A stretch of 64,000 nt of DNA, from the NCBI GenBank assembly GCA_964016885.1, contig OZ024755.1, positions 33,976,001-34,040,000 on the forward strand, read 5' to 3'. Source of the DNA: Eledone cirrhosa. Its lineage: Eukaryota. Positions 1 through 13,822 of this stretch are shown here, one piece after another. The notes under the pieces were generated by a model. The model had not been told where the DNA came from and made no database searches. It saw nothing but the letters and a program-made list of their open reading frames with translations. Positions within the stretch are counted from its first letter, which is position 1, and every line of letters begins with the position of its first letter. The position numbers and the translations under genes are program-made.

Positions 1-278
1 CAAAAGTAGAAACAATTATAAAACAAGGAGTGGAAATATTGAAGGAGGAGTCATTGTGAAGATGTTCAGTAAACCTTGTTAATTGGTAAGTTTGCTCTTC
101 AGGAGGAATAGTGACAGTCTATGTTGTCATACGGTAGTAAAGTGATGTAACGGTCAGTGGAGAGAAAGAAAGAAAGTGAATAGGTTAAAAGGTAGGGACA
201 AGAAATAAGTAAGAAGGTGGTTGCAGTAGATGAGATGGAGAGTATGTGGTGGGGGCTGTAACAAAAGGGAAACTGAGA

Positions 279-1565
279 CATGTACACACACATATATACA
301 CATACGGACGCATACTCACACACACACACACACACATATACCCATATGCACACATTCACACACATACACATAAACATATACACATACGGACGCATACTCA
401 CATACACACACACATATACCCATATGCACACATGCACATAAACATATACACATACGGACGCATACTCACACACACACACACACACACATATATACCCATA
501 TGCACACATGCACATAAACATATACACATACGGACGCATAGTCACATACATACACACATACGGACGCATACTCACACACATACACGCACACATATACCCA
601 TATGCACACATTCACACACATACACATAAACATATACACATACGGACGCATACTCATACACACACAGACGCATACTCACATACACACACACATACGGATG
701 CATACTCACATACATACACACACACATACACCCATATGGAGGCATACTCACATACATACACACACATATACACATACGGACGCATACTCACATACACACG
801 CACACATAGATACACACATACATACACACACGGATGCATACTCACATACATACACACACACAAACATACGGACACATTCTCGCACACACACACATACATA
901 TACGGACGCATACTCACATACACACACACAAATATACACATACGGATGCATACTCACATACACACACACACATACACACATATGGACGCATACTCACATA
1001 CACACAAACATATACACATACGGACACGTAATCACACACACACACACATACAGACACATAGTCACATACATACACACACACATATACATCCATGCACACA
1101 CACACACACACACACCCAGACAGACACATGCATACACATACACACATATGTACACACACACGCATCCACACATAAACACACACATACACATGCACATACG
1201 TGCACACACTCACATATACACACGAACAAACACATTCACTCATGCACACACACTCATGCACATGTACACACACTCATGCACACACACACACACACACTCA
1301 TGCATACACACACACACACTCATGCATACATACACACACACGCACTCATGCATACATACACACACACACATTCATGCACACGTACACACACTCATGCACA
1401 CGTACACACAAATACACACTCTTATGCACACATACATACACATGTGAAAGGTGGCATAAATCATGCACACACACACGCACGCATACAGACACACTCATGC
1501 ATATGTACACACACACATGCACATGTACACATATACACACACACACATGCACACGTACATACACA
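279..1565. repeat. Compound (CA)n/(CATA)n microsatellite with recurring CATACGGACGCATACTCACA motif
   Basis: Direct reading; it explains the H/T- and C/V-rich ORFs at 99-1686. Confidence 0.95.
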
Positions 1566-1804
1566 TGTGAGAGGCGGCATAAGACGTGCTGGTGCTACAA
1601 TTAAATGCATGAAATACACTCTAGAAAATGGATGCTATCCTCTTAAAACTCTAACATTTGTAGGACATGAAGCTCAGCTCATTTAGTTGGGACGGAGCTT
1701 TAATTAAGCCTTCAGCATTTACATTACTCTATATTTACTATTGTATTTTCACCTCACATAATATTTACATTACCCTTGGGTAATGTAAATATTTACATTA
1801 CCAA

Positions 1805-1994
1805 GGGCGGTGGATTGGCAGTATCGGTAGAGGGTCGGACGCCATGCTTTGCAGCATAGTTACGTCCCTTTACGGACTGAGTTCAAATCCCGCCGAGGTT
1901 AACTTTGCCTTTCATCCTTACAGGGTCGATAAAATAAAGTACCAGTAATGCACTGGGTAATTGCTGGCCTTGTGCCTAAAGTAGAAACAATAAT
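1805..1994 (+). mobile_element. SINE family A (tRNA-derived, ~190 bp)
   Basis: A box TGGCAGTATCGG, B box GAGTTCAAATCC, body TTGCCTTTCATCCTTAC(A/G)GGGTCGATAAAATAAAGTACC, tail AAAGTAGAAACAAT. There are more than 15 copies in the window. Confidence 0.9.
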
Positions 1995-2016
1995 ATTTAC
2001 ATTACCCTTTATATCA

Positions 2017-2410
2017 TTTCATCATCATCATTTCATTTTACGTACGCTTTTCCCTGCTTGCAAGGGTGGGATGGGAACTGATTCTGGCTTGATTTCTACA
2101 GCTGGATGCCCTTCCTAACACCAACTTCATTTACAGTGAGTGCTGGGTGCTTTTTTTTTTCCGTGGCGCCTACACGTCCACTTTACAGTGTGGGTTGGGT
2201 GCTTTTTTGCCGTGGCACCTCCACGTCCACTTTGCAGTGGAATGATATGGACCCCAGTCCTATCATCTCATTTCTACAGCTGAGTAAACTGGAGCAATGT
2301 GAAATAAGTGCCTTGCTCAAGGAAACAACACATCACCCGGTCTGAGAATTGAACTCACAACCTTTCGATTGCAAGGCAAATGCTCTAACCACTAAGCCAT
2401 GTGCCTCCAT
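2017..2410 (-). mobile_element. SINE family B (tRNA head + CORE-like domain + RTE 3' tail)
   Basis: Reverse complement of the family seen on the + strand at 42791-43142; (ATG)n tail. Confidence 0.9.
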
Positions 2411-3048
2411 ATACTATTGTATTTTCGTGGTAAAGTCTTTATCTCACATAATATTTACATTACTCTAGATTTACTATTGTATTTTCATGGTAAAGGCTTT
2501 ACCTCACATAACATTTACATTACTCTTTATATACTATTGTATTTTCATGGTAAAGTCTTTACCTCACATAACATTTACATTACTCTATATTTACTATTGT
2601 ATTTTCATGTTAAAGTCTTTACCTCACATAACATTTACATTACTCTATATTTACTATTTTATTTTCATGGTAAAGTCTTTACCTCACATAACATTTACAT
2701 TACTCTATATTTACTATTGTATTTTCATGGTAAAGTCTGTACCTCACATAAAATTTACATTACTCTATATTTGCTATTGTATTTTCATGGTAAAGTCTTT
2801 ACCTCACATAACATTTACATTACTCTATATTTACTATTGTATTTTCATGGTAAAGTCTTTACCTCACATAACATTTACATTACTCTATATTTACTATTGT
2901 ATTTTCATGGTAAAGTCTGTACCTCACATAACATTTACATTACTCTATATTTACTATTGTATTTTCATGGTAAAGTCTGTACCTCACATAACATTTACAT
3001 TACTCTTTATATACTATTGTATTTTCGTAGTAAAGTCTTTATCTCATA
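2410..3048. repeat. 60-bp minisatellite, ~10.5 copies, derived from the MITE interior
   Basis: Unit TACTCTATATTTACTATTGTATTTTCATGGTAAAGTCTTTACCTCACATAACATTTACAT lines up in register with the 60-nt lines and is homologous to 16667-16722. Confidence 0.95.
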
Positions 3049-3384
3049 AAATTATCTCACATAATATTGAATCTATGAGATTTTGATATTATTTATTTTG
3101 AGAACAATACCTTAACATAAGTATATGCAGTCAGTTATGGCCGGTTTGAACAGAAAGAGGGGAGATAATTCTGGCCGGTTTAAATTCTAAAGGGTTGACT
3201 ACTAACTTTGTCGGTGACTTCATATCCAACATTTACCAGCAAAGAAATCCTGAGGTAAAATGATGGTTTTCCATGCTGACATGGGTTGGATGTGCCCTTT
3301 ACAATACAACCTCCCTCCATTCATAGCATTCTTTCATCATCTCCTCTGTGAGGTTCAGTAGCTTGAAATCAGCCCTAACCTCCT

Positions 3385-5150
3385 CTGCCCAGGTTTCTCC
3401 TGGTCTTCATTTTCTTCCCAGGTTTCTCCTGGTCTTCCTTTTCTGCCCAAGTTTCTCCTGGTCTTCCTTTTCTGCCCAAGTTTCTCTTGGTCTTCCTTTT
3501 CTGCCCAAGTTTCTCCTGTCTTCCTTTTCTTCCCAGGTTTGTCCTGGTCTTCCACTTCTACACAAGTTTCTCCTGGTCTTCCACTTCTGCCCAAGTTTCT
3601 CCTGGTCTTCCACATCTGCCCAAGTTTCTCCTGGTCTTCCTTTTCTGCCCAGGTTTCTTCTGGTCTTCCTTTTCTGCCCAAGTTTCTCCTGGTCTTCCAC
3701 TTCTGCCCAAGTTTCTCCTGGTCTTCCACTTCTGCCCAAGTTTCTCCTGGTCTTCCACTTCTGCCCAAGTTTCTCCTGGTCTTCCTTTTCTGCCCAAGTT
3801 TCTTCTGGTCTTCCTGTTCTGCCCAAGTTTCTCCTGGTCTTCCTTTTCTGCCCAAGTTTCTCCTGGTCTTCATTTTCTGCCCAAGTTTCTCCTGGTCTTC
3901 ATTTTCTGCCCAAGTTTCTCCTGGTCTTCCTTTTCTGCCCAAGTTTCTCCTGGTCTTCCACTTCTGCCCAAGTTTCTCCTGGTCTTCCACTTCTGCCCAA
4001 GTTTCTCCTGGTCTTCCACTTCTGCCCAAGTTTCTCCTCGTCTTCCACTTCTGCCCAAGTTTTTCCTCATCTTCCCAGGTTTCTCCTGGTCTTCCTTTCC
4101 TTCCCAGGTTTCTCCTGGTCTTCCTTTTCTGCCCAGGTTTCTCCTGGTCTTCCTTTCCTTCCCAGGTTTCTCCTGGTCTTCCTTTTCTGCCCAAGTTTCT
4201 CCTGGTCTTCCACTTCTGCCCAAGTTCCTCCTGGTCTTCCACTTCTGCCCAAGTTTCTCCTGGTCTTCCACTTCTGCCCAAGTTTCTCCTGGTCTTCCTT
4301 TTCTGCCCAAGTTTCTCCTGGTCTTCCACTTCTGCCCAAGTTTCTCCTGGTCTTCCACTTCTGCCCAAGTTTCTCCTGGTCTTCCTTTTCTGCCCAAGTT
4401 TCTCCTGGTCTTCCACTTCTGCCCAAGTTTCTCCTGGTCTTCCACTTCTGCCCAAGTTTCTCCTCGTCTTCCTCTTCTTCCCAGGTTTCTCCTGGTCTTC
4501 CTTTCCTTCCCAGGTTTCTCCTGGTCTTCCTTTTCTGCCCAGGTTTCTCCTGGGCTTCCTTTTCTGCCCAGGTTTCTCCTGGTCTTCCACTTCTGCCCAG
4601 GTTTCTCCTGCTCTTCCTTTTCTTCCCAGGTTTCTCCTGGTCTTCCTTTTCTTCCCAGGTTTCTCCTGGTCTTCCTTTTCTTCCCAGGTTTCTCCTGGTC
4701 TTCCACTTCTGCCCAGGTTTCTCCTGGTCTTCCACTTCTGCCCAGGTTTCTCCTGGTCTTCCTTTTCTTCCCAGGTTTCTCCTGGTCTTCCTTTTCTTCG
4801 CAGGTTTCTCCTGGTCTTCCACTTCTGCCCAGGTTTCTCCTGGTCTTCCTTTTCTTCCCAGGTTTCTCCTGGTCTTCCTTTTCTTCCCAGGTTTCTCCTG
4901 GTCTTCCTTTTCTTCCCAAGTTTCTCCTGGTCTTCCACTTCTGTCCAGGTTTCTCCTGGTCTTCCTTTTCTTCCCAGGTTTCTCCTGGTCTTCCTTTTCT
5001 TCCCAGGTTTCTCCTGGTCTTCCTTTTCTTCCCAGGTTTCTCCTGGTCTTCCTTTTCTTCCCAAGTTTCTCCTGGTCTTCCACTTCTGTCCAGGTTTCTC
5101 CTGGTTTTCCTCTTCTGCCCAAGTTTCTCCAGGCCTTCCTCTTCTGACCA
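3385..5150. repeat. 29-bp pyrimidine-rich minisatellite, ~60 copies
   Basis: Unit TCTGCCCAAGTTTCTCCTGGTCTTCC(ACT/TTT). It lacks stop codons, so long ORFs appear on both strands. Confidence 0.95.
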
Positions 5151-6317
5151 AGTTTGTTTCCATTGGCATCTCCTAACATTTCTTCATCCAGCCTTTATCG
5201 TCCATATTGTATCACTTGTCTACACCAGCATAGTCCGCTCTCTTGCACACTACACACACACACACACACACATACACACACAGACACATACACATACATA
5301 CACATACACACACATACACATATTTGTGTTATATAGTGTAATACATACAATTCTATATCCTGTATCCTTTCAATATATAAAAATGAGTTTATCAAAATAA
5401 TACTCAATATTGAAACAAAATAGGACAATTTCAAAACTATGTAAATATATGTTCAGATTGAAAGATATTGGGAAATAATGCAATTTATAATAGTAGATAT
5501 TAATACAAATATATAATTAAAATTGATACAGACATGAATAATTATTTGTATTCTTCTTATATTTACACGAGAAGGGGAGAGAAATGTTAAACGTTTGATC
5601 ACTATTCATGGTAGTAGTCTGGTTTATATTATAATCTGAAAGAAGAGATGAATTAGTTATGTTTCATTCTATTACTTTATAATAAAATGAATCTTCATTA
5701 TGTCCACTGATAGAGATTGCCTTTTTGTCCAGTACATTTAAATATATAGCTGCACACACACACTCACACACTGTCTGTAAACATATGCACATAAGCATAT
5801 GCCCACATACATACGTAAGTATGTGCCCACATACATGGTGGCTGCCAACTCGTTTTCGAGTACGGCCACTACTTTATATCCATGTAGGAGAACCCCTACC
5901 AATGCACTAAACAAGTGTGACTTTTAGTCCAGCCAGTGACTTGAAAACTCTGGTACAAACACTACACCTGTGACAATTATTGACACAGAGTGTTGGGCCC
6001 TTGGTACCATGTGACGACAAGTGTAGAGAGATCTCCAGATACAAAGCAATGCCTGTGCCGTGAAGCTTTTATAGTGAGCAAAGGCACAGCACAAAGCCAG
6101 TCCCACTCTCTTAACCCAAGATGATATTTACCAAAAAGAAGAATAAGTCAACATACATACAAACATGCATACGTACATATATACATACATCCACATATAT
6201 ATAAATCTCTATCTCTTGTTTGTGTTCCCCTTACTTTCTAACACCTGTTATCAGTATCGACACAGCCCTGACCCTCTCAATCCAAAGTTATATATATATA
6301 TAAATACTAAGTCAGCT

Positions 6318-6578
6318 CAAAAGTGACACAGAGGAGACTGAGGTTAGCTGGACATGCTCACCGACATCCAGAGTTGACATTGCACTCAGTGCTCCTTTGG
6401 GAGCCCCTACATGGACACACTAGAAGAGGAAGACCAAGGTTAACGTATGTTGATGCCCTAAGGACAGACACTAGTCTATTGGAGACGCAGGACATGGCAG
6501 CGATAATGAGGGACAGAGACCGCTGGAGAGAACTCGTCCATGGATCTCGGGAATTTTACCCGCCTTAGATAGAGATAT
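6318..6578 (+). mobile_element. RTE-clade LINE 3' fragment, (TAGA)n-tailed family
   Basis: Translation RRLRLAGHAHRHPE...LLWEP..G..RRGRPRLTY..DRDRWR is a typical RTE C-terminus. Sister copies at 9060-9298 and 24712-24836. Confidence 0.85.
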
Positions 6579-6707
6579 ATACTAAAAATATTTATGAAGA
6601 CTAAAAACTGAGGATTTTAATTCAGATGATCCCATAAAAGTGTGAAAGCAGCGATTCTTTGCTTAAATTTTAATCTGTACAAATAATAAATATATATATA
6701 TATATAT

Positions 6708-6820
6708 GTGTGAAATAAAGTGTCTTGCTCAAAGAAACAACACATCACCCAGTCTGAGAATTGAATTCCCAACCTTTCGATTGCAAGGCCAATGCTCTAA
6801 CCACTAAGCCATGTGACTCC
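6708..6820 (-). mobile_element. SINE family B, 5' half only
   Basis: Matches the head and CORE-like region of family B. Confidence 0.8.
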
Positions 6821-6821
6821 A

Positions 6822-6896
<75 letters not shown>

Positions 6897-7356
6897 ATAT
6901 ATATATAGTGGTAGAACACTGGAAGGTAATATCCGTAGTGGTAGATCACTCGGTCCATGGGGAGGACGAATTAGGTAGAAGTGTTTACACAACAGGATCT
7001 GCTAAGGTGAAACAATTGTTCTCGGTATGGTGAACTAACTGTTGCGTAGCCACTTCTATATATATAAAATCCCCTGCCAAATTTAGTCTCGTTGGAGCAA
7101 TACTGGCCAGACTTGTCTCTCAACATGGACTACCCATATAATCCATGCGAGCATGGAAAAACGGACACTAAAAAATGATGATTATGTGTATATATATATA
7201 TTTATATGTATATATATAGTGGTAGAACACTGGTGGGTTACAGTGGTAGAACACTGGTGGGTTATAGTAGTAGAGCACTCAGTCCATGGGACGAGTTTGG
7301 TAGAAGTAGTTCCACAACGGTTAATACACCAAACTTTTGTGGAACTACTTCTATAT

Positions 7357-7603
7357 ATGTGATGCACATGGAGGATGACTGCTGGGTAAAGAAGTGTCAA
7401 GAAATCCCAGAAGAAGGAAAACGCAGTAGAGGAAGACCACGAAAATCATGGGCGGTTGCTGGCGAGAACTGACCTCAGATCGCTGAAGCTCACGGAGGAG
7501 ATGACAAAGGCCTGTGACGAATGGAGAGATGCTGAATAGGACCCGTGCTACCTTTGCAAGCAGGGAAAAGTGGACGTAAAATGGTGATGATCATGATGAT
7601 GAT
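7357..7603 (+). mobile_element. RTE LINE 3' end with (ATG)n tail
   Basis: Translation VMHMEDDCWVKKCQEIPEEGKRSRGRPRK, then terminus TTGCAAGCAGGGAAAAGTGGACGTAAAATG, which SINE B shares. Confidence 0.85.
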
Positions 7604-8175
7604 ATATATATATATATATATATGCACACACATACAGACATACATATTTATATAGATGCATGCCTATGTCTTATGAATGTATATTTTTATGAACTCACAC
7701 TCACACATATATTCATGCATATATAATTTTTTTTATATAAAATATATAAAATATATAAAATATATAAAATATATACACAAGAAATACAGTTTACATATTT
7801 TGTATACATGCTTTGTCTATACATCACAAAATCTTGATTTCTCTCACTTCTCACCCACACACAATTATATTTATAATATTTATTATATTTATATAAATTT
7901 ATATATCTGTATTCTGTACTAGTTTTTAATTTAAAATATTCACATTCAATCACATATGTTTGCCTCCCCCCACAACACACACTCTCTCCCCATTCCCCCC
8001 ACAACACACACGCTCTTACCATTCCCACACTCAGCTGTATCAGACAGTTGTCTATCCAATCCTGTTAAAAGGTACACAGTAGAATGAACAATGCCAAGTC
8101 AACCAATATTTAAATATCCCAAAATAGGTAAGATCATTTTCACAATCAAACATATTCCACCTCAAAATATACATC

Positions 8176-8745
<570 letters not shown>

Positions 8746-9059
8746 CCTCCCTGGCTTCACTAAACATATCTACATACATGTATACACACGTATACCCATG
8801 AACACATGTATACACTTACAATAATGTTTTTTGTGAGTTTGTTTGGTTGTTTTCCTTTCTAGGATATATTTTTTTCTAAAGTTTGCCAAACTATTTCAAT
8901 TGCTTTAAAGATTCTGTTTATTTTCATTAATTTTTACCAGTTTTCTTGCTTCAGCTTGTGATATGAAACTCTCTATCATTTTACATTATAGAATTATAGA
9001 ATTTGTCTTTGAATTGGTTTTATTCTAGAGATACACATCTCATGCTTTCATCAACCACA

Positions 9060-9298
9060 GCTGAGGTTAGCCGGATATGCTCACCGACATCCAGAGTTGT
9101 CATTGCACTCAGTGCTCCTGTGGGAGCCCCTACATGGACACACTAGAAGAGGAAGACCAAGGTTAACGTATTTTGATGCCCTAAGGACAGACACTGGTCT
9201 GTTGGAGACGCAGAACATGGCAGTGATAATGAGGGACAGAGACCACTGGAGAGAACTCGTCCATGGATCTCGGAATTTTTACCCGCCCTAGATAGATA
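9060..9298 (+). mobile_element. RTE-clade LINE 3' fragment, (TAGA)n-tailed family
   Basis: Near-identical to 6337-6575. Confidence 0.85.
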
Positions 9299-9327
9299 TA
9301 TAAATATATAATATTTAATATGGAAAT

Positions 9328-9423
9328 GGCTTCTACAGGACTAAAACTGTTTCATTCAGAGGAAATCATCAGGCTTTCCTGATAATTTCCTCTGAATGAA
9401 ACAGTTCTAGTCATGTAGAAGCC
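9328..9423. ncRNA. Pair of inverted, partly degenerate type-I hammerhead motifs within a foldback (9305-9447)
   Basis: Minus arm: CTGATGA-tttcctctgaat-GAAA-CAGttttagtcCTG-TA-gaagcc. Plus arm: ggctttc-CTGATAA-...-GAAA-CAGttctagtcATG-TA-gaagcc. Confidence 0.6.
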
Positions 9424-9529
9424 ATTTCTATATTAAATATTATATATACTCTACTATGTATTGAGACTTTACTTACAGTGGTTGCCTCTGATTGAACCCG
9501 GGATACACATATGTGTGTGCATCGAGCAA

Positions 9530-10100
9530 TATGAAGAGAATCATACACATAGAAGTGGTACTGATTGTGGTTGGTGCACTGGAAGCAGTTAGTAAAAGGT
9601 TAGATGCATGGCTTTAGAAGCTAGGAACTACCATAAGGGACAGGATTGTTGCAGAAAACAGCCTTGGTAGACTCAGACTCAGAAGCTCCCGCGTCTTGCG
9701 ATGCATGAGGCAATCATAGTGTTCCACCGCGTTCGGTCAGCAGCCAGTTGCACAGCGTCCCGCCATTGTCTGTTTGTCGCTCGCAGGTCCCTCTCAACCG
9801 TCTGGCGCCAGTTCATTTTGGGTCGCCCTCTCCGTCTGCTTCCCTGTGGGTTCCATTTAAGTACTTGGTTCGCCAGTCTCTCCGAGGGAAGTCTCAAAGC
9901 GTGCCCAAACCAGACAAGGCGTCGCTTGCAGATGGCAGCCTTGGTAGGAACAGCAAGTATTCTAAAGAGTGTGTTAGAAAACTGAAGGAAAAGGGCTGAT
10001 TCAAAGCACCTTTGGTCATTGGCTATGGTTTAATCTGTTGGTATCGTGCCATTATAACATCTACCAGAACAAAAGTGTTAGGAGTGATAGTAATAATAAT
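9530..10100 (+). mobile_element. R4/Dong-like non-LTR retrotransposon 3' end, interrupted by an RTE insertion
   Basis: Across a stop and a frameshift it reads IEVVLIVVGALEAVSKRLDAWL..LQKTALVGTASILKSVLEN*, matching the R4/Dong C-terminus (V.P.V.GALG...LQK.ALLGTA.IL). It ends in (TAA)n. Confidence 0.7.
9671..9935 (-). mobile_element. 5'-truncated RTE LINE with 12-bp target-site duplication
   Basis: ORF RLPSERLANQVLKWNPQGSRRRGRPKMNWR..DRTRW; tail (CTGAGT)2; TSD CAGCCTTGGTAG at 9659-9670 and 9936-9947. Confidence 0.9.
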
Positions 10101-10315
10101 TGTTTCCACATTTAGCACTAGGCCAACAATTTGGGGGAGGGTTAAGTCGATTAAATTGACTCCAGTGCATTACTGGTACTTTATTTTATCGAACCTGTGA
10201 GGATGAAAGGCAAAGCTAACCTCAGTGGGATTTGAACTCAGACCGTTGAAAGTCATAACAGAATAGTGAAAAGTATTTTGTCCAATACTTTACCAATTCT
10301 GCTAATCCACCAAAT

Positions 10316-10355
<40 letters not shown>

Positions 10356-10615
10356 ATCATAATTGTTTCTACTTTAGGCACAAGACCTGCAATTTGAAGT
10401 AGTAGTAGTAGTAGTAGTAGTAGTAATCATAATTGTTTCTACTTTAGGCACAAGACCAGCAATTTGAAGGGGAAGGGGAAAGTCGATTAAACTGACCCCA
10501 GTCTCTCCACGCCACCAATGATGGCCAAGGGAAAGGCAAAGGCCGATACAGCTTGGCCATAACTAAGTACTGCAAAGCATTTTGTCTGATGCTCTACCGA
10601 TTCTGCCAATCCACT
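10098..10615 (-). mobile_element. Diverged SINE A copies separated by (CAG)n/(TAG)n
   Basis: GGATTTGAACTCAG, AGGATGAAAGGCAAAG and TTGTTTCTACTTTAGGCACAAG motifs. Confidence 0.7.
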
Positions 10616-11064
10616 AATAATAGTGAGTCAGCCAAGCAAGTTAATTTACTCAGCAGCCATGACAAGGAAACTGAGCTGAACCCTTACTCAAGAAACAGTG
10701 GAAACATGATTTATTATATATAATAGAAAAGACTTATCCTTACCCAGTGAACTAGAAAGACTGTGATCTAATATGACAAAATAAAAAAAAAGCAAGTATG
10801 TTAAAATATGATTTGAAGAAAGGGGAAAGAAAGTCTGGAAGTGAAAGAAAGATTGAATCAATTAATCACAGGAAAGAGAAGACAAATAAGACAGTTTGAA
10901 ATATGTGAATGTTGCTTCAATCAGAATGAAGTATTTGAAACAAATACTCTAACACTTTACTAGGATATCAATAGGACATAACATAGGGAGATATACCAAT
11001 ATCAACAATAGAAATATGAACATTTTGAAAGAGAACATATGATTAGAAAAGTGAGTGAGAAGAA

Positions 11065-11325
11065 AAATACAATGCAATACAACAAAAAGTTGCCTGCCGA
11101 TGAATGAAACTGGCTGGGCACTGCATCTGTCATCTAGAAGAGATAGCATCACGACTTGGGCTCTGGAAACTGGCGGTCAGACGAAGAAGCATGGGATGAC
11201 AGGCCGTCTCATTCATTGATACCAACATTGATAACAGCAACAAACTGACAAATGTGTTGCTTGACCAGGGCGATTGGAAAAAGCATGCTGAATCTTTGTG
11301 AGTGTAAACTCGGCCATAGAAGAAG
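11065..11325 (+). mobile_element. Old degenerate RTE 3' fragment
   Basis: Reads QQKVACR*MKLAGHCICHLEEIASRLGLW, homologous in pattern to the 6323 ORF. Confidence 0.55.
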
Positions 11326-11861
11326 AAAAATACAGCAAAAAGTACATCTCAAAACCTAGTGTGATATTTACCAGCATTATCAACATTGCTAACAGCTGAA
11401 AAGCTCCTGAGATTGATAAATTCTTATTTTTAAATGAAAATGTTTAAACAATATACAAGGAGCTTTTACGGAAGAATTATTGGAAAACTGTGCAGTTATT
11501 GAAGTCAGTAGAGGGAGAGACAAAAGTCATAGCAAGGTATGGTTTGATTACTGAAAAGCTTTTGACAGCCTTCCAAGTTCTTGGCTACTGAAGAAACTGT
11601 ACCATGGTATATAAGTCACATTATGTCATGATGGTAAACATTATGAAGTGTAAAATAAGGGGAAATAATCAAAAAAAACCTATCCCTTTAAAAAAAAAAG
11701 GGAACTTTCATTTCATTTTCCCAATATAAATATTTTTTTTATTATGAAGCCATTACTAAAATGTATTTTACTCACAGTCGTATAAAAATATAGTAATATA
11801 ATTGTTTCTACTTTTGGCACAAGGCCAGCAATTACCCAGTGCATTACTGGTACTTTATGTT

Positions 11862-13130
11862 ATCACCATTTTACGTCCGCTTTTCCCTGCTTGCAAGGGT
11901 GGGACGGGTCCAATTCAGCACAGCATCTCTCCACTTGTCACAGTCCTTCATCATCTCAACGGTGAGTTTCAGCAATCTGAGGTCTGCTCAAACCACCTCC
12001 GCCCATGTTTTGTGTGGTCTACCTCTGCTGCGTCTTCCTTCTTCTGGGATTTCTTGGCACTTCTTTACCCAGCTGTCATCCTCCATGTGCATCACATGTC
12101 CATACCATCGCAGTCTTCTCTCTCGCACACTACAGCTTATCTCTCTTATAAACAGTTTCTCTCTCAACTCGTCTATGCTTGGACATTCACGCACATTGGC
12201 ATTGCACATCCAACAGAGCATGCTTGCTTCATTTCTCTCCAGCTGTTGTATATCCTCTTCAGTTGCTGCCCATGTCTCACTACCATGCAGTATCGTGCAT
12301 CTCACACAGGCATCATATAACTGGCCTTTCATACGCAGGGAGAAACCCTTCTTTGTCAACAGAGGAAGCAGCTCCCTAAATTTCTTCCAACCCATCCTTA
12401 TTCTAGAAACTATGGCCTTGGAACACCCCCGCTCCCATGCTAATCTGATCACCTAGGTACCGGAAGCTATCAACCACTTCTATATAATCCACCTGCATTT
12501 GAAAAATGTGTATCACTGTGATTACTACTGTCAACTTTCCCTGTACATCTACTGCATACGTAGTTTGCCTGTTATCCCACTACATCTCTTGTGTACCCAA
12601 GATCTGCATTGTGTACATTTTATAGAATTTATGCCAGTTCTTTTTCTACATATCAAACATGGCGATTTCCCTGATGGAATCAGAGTTTTGTCCTCTTTTC
12701 TACTTATCAACACTTTTGTCTTAGCTATGTTCACTCTCAGTCCTCTTGATTCCAACTGCTGTTTCCATAGCCAGAATTTATTCTCTAGCTCCTCTACTGC
12801 TTCTGCTATAAGAACCAGATCATCAACATAGAAACATTCCCATGGGCAGCCAGTCTTAAACTCCTCTGTTATGGCTTGGAGGACTATAATGAACAAGAGC
12901 GAGCTGAGATCCGAACCCTGACGTACTCCTAATTGTATCTGGAATTCCTCACTAAACACCATTCCTACTCTCATTTTACTGACAGCACCCCTGTACATAG
13001 CTTGCACTGTCCTCACAAGCCATTCCTCTACACCTAGTTTCCTTAGGGACCACCAGATGACAGATCAGGGTACCCTATCAAAGGCCTTCTCTAGGTCAAC
13101 AAAAGCTAAGTATAGTAGCTTATTCTCCTC
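11862..13130 (-). mobile_element. RTE LINE, 5'-truncated; RT C-terminal half with PHD-like Cys motif; disrupted
   Basis: ORFs 12549-13016 (GVRQGSDLSSLLF, YVDDLVL, C..C...C..C..WVH..C) and 11988-12452 (LHGSETW, RRLRWYGHV, RGRP). The 3' terminus matches the SINE B tail. Confidence 0.92.
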
Positions 13131-13284
13131 TAATGTATATAATCATAAGAACGAAGGAAGAGAACCGTGGCGAGTTTGAATTGAAAGTTGGAGTACATTG
13201 CGTCGAGTACTAAACCCTCTACTATTTGTAGTTGTGATGGTGATATTGTCCTAAAGCTTTAAGGATAGCTTATCATGGGTGTTG

Positions 13285-13762
13285 CTGTACTTAAATAATA
13301 TACTGTTAATAACTGTACTTAAATAATATACTGTTAATAACTGTACTTAAATAATATACTGTTAATAACTGTACTTAAATAATATACTGTTAATAACTGT
13401 ACTTAAATAATATACTGTTAATAACTGTACTTAAATAATATACTGTTAATAACTGTACTTAAATAATATACTGTTAATAACTGTACTTAAATAATATACT
13501 GTTAATAACTGTACTTAAATAATATGCTGTTAATAACTGTACTTAAATAATATACTGTTAATAACTGTACTTAAATAATATACTGTTAATAACTGTACTT
13601 AAATAATATACTGTTAATAACTGTACTTAAATAATATACTGTTAATAACTGTACTTAAATAATATACTGTTAATAACTGTACTTAAATAATATACTGTTA
13701 ATAACTGTACTTAAATAATATACTGTTAATAACTGTACTTAAATAATATACTGTTAATAACT
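13285..13762. repeat. 28-bp minisatellite, ~17 near-identical copies
   Basis: Unit CTGTACTTAAATAATATACTGTTAATAA. Confidence 0.95.
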
Positions 13763-13822
13763 AGAAACCATAACACTGAAAATAGAAATCAACTAGACTA
13801 CCTATAGCCCAACGGGTCTATT

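Larger units (their letters stand above)
1704..3198 (+). mobile_element. piggyBac-type MITE copy expanded by two SINE insertions and an internal 60-bp array
   Basis: Degenerate left end TTAAGCCTTCAGCATTTA (1704) and right end TAAATTCTAAAGGG-TTGA (3198). The internal sequence matches the copy at 16655-16859. Confidence 0.75.

Noticed and set aside
99-1686. Long His/Thr- and Cys/Val-rich ORFs
   Set aside because: They are translations of (CA)n/(TG)n microsatellite. The same applies to the YI-rich ORFs over (TA)n elsewhere.
1805-1895. tRNA genes at A box/B box motifs
   Set aside because: They are SINE heads: no complete cloverleaf, and they always continue into the SINE body.
3348-5400. ORFs of 350-640 aa on both strands
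   Set aside because: A stop-free 29-bp unit opens almost every frame; the unit is not a multiple of three and shows no domain.
6620-6680. CAGATGA-TCCC...GAAA motif, with a homologue on the minus strand at 56331-56385
   Set aside because: The two are clearly related repeats, but U4 is replaced by A and no stem III or UH triplet forms. At best these are dead relics.
11988-13016. Functional reverse transcriptase gene
   Set aside because: It is 5'-truncated, split by stops and frameshifts and lacks the endonuclease; a dead RTE copy.
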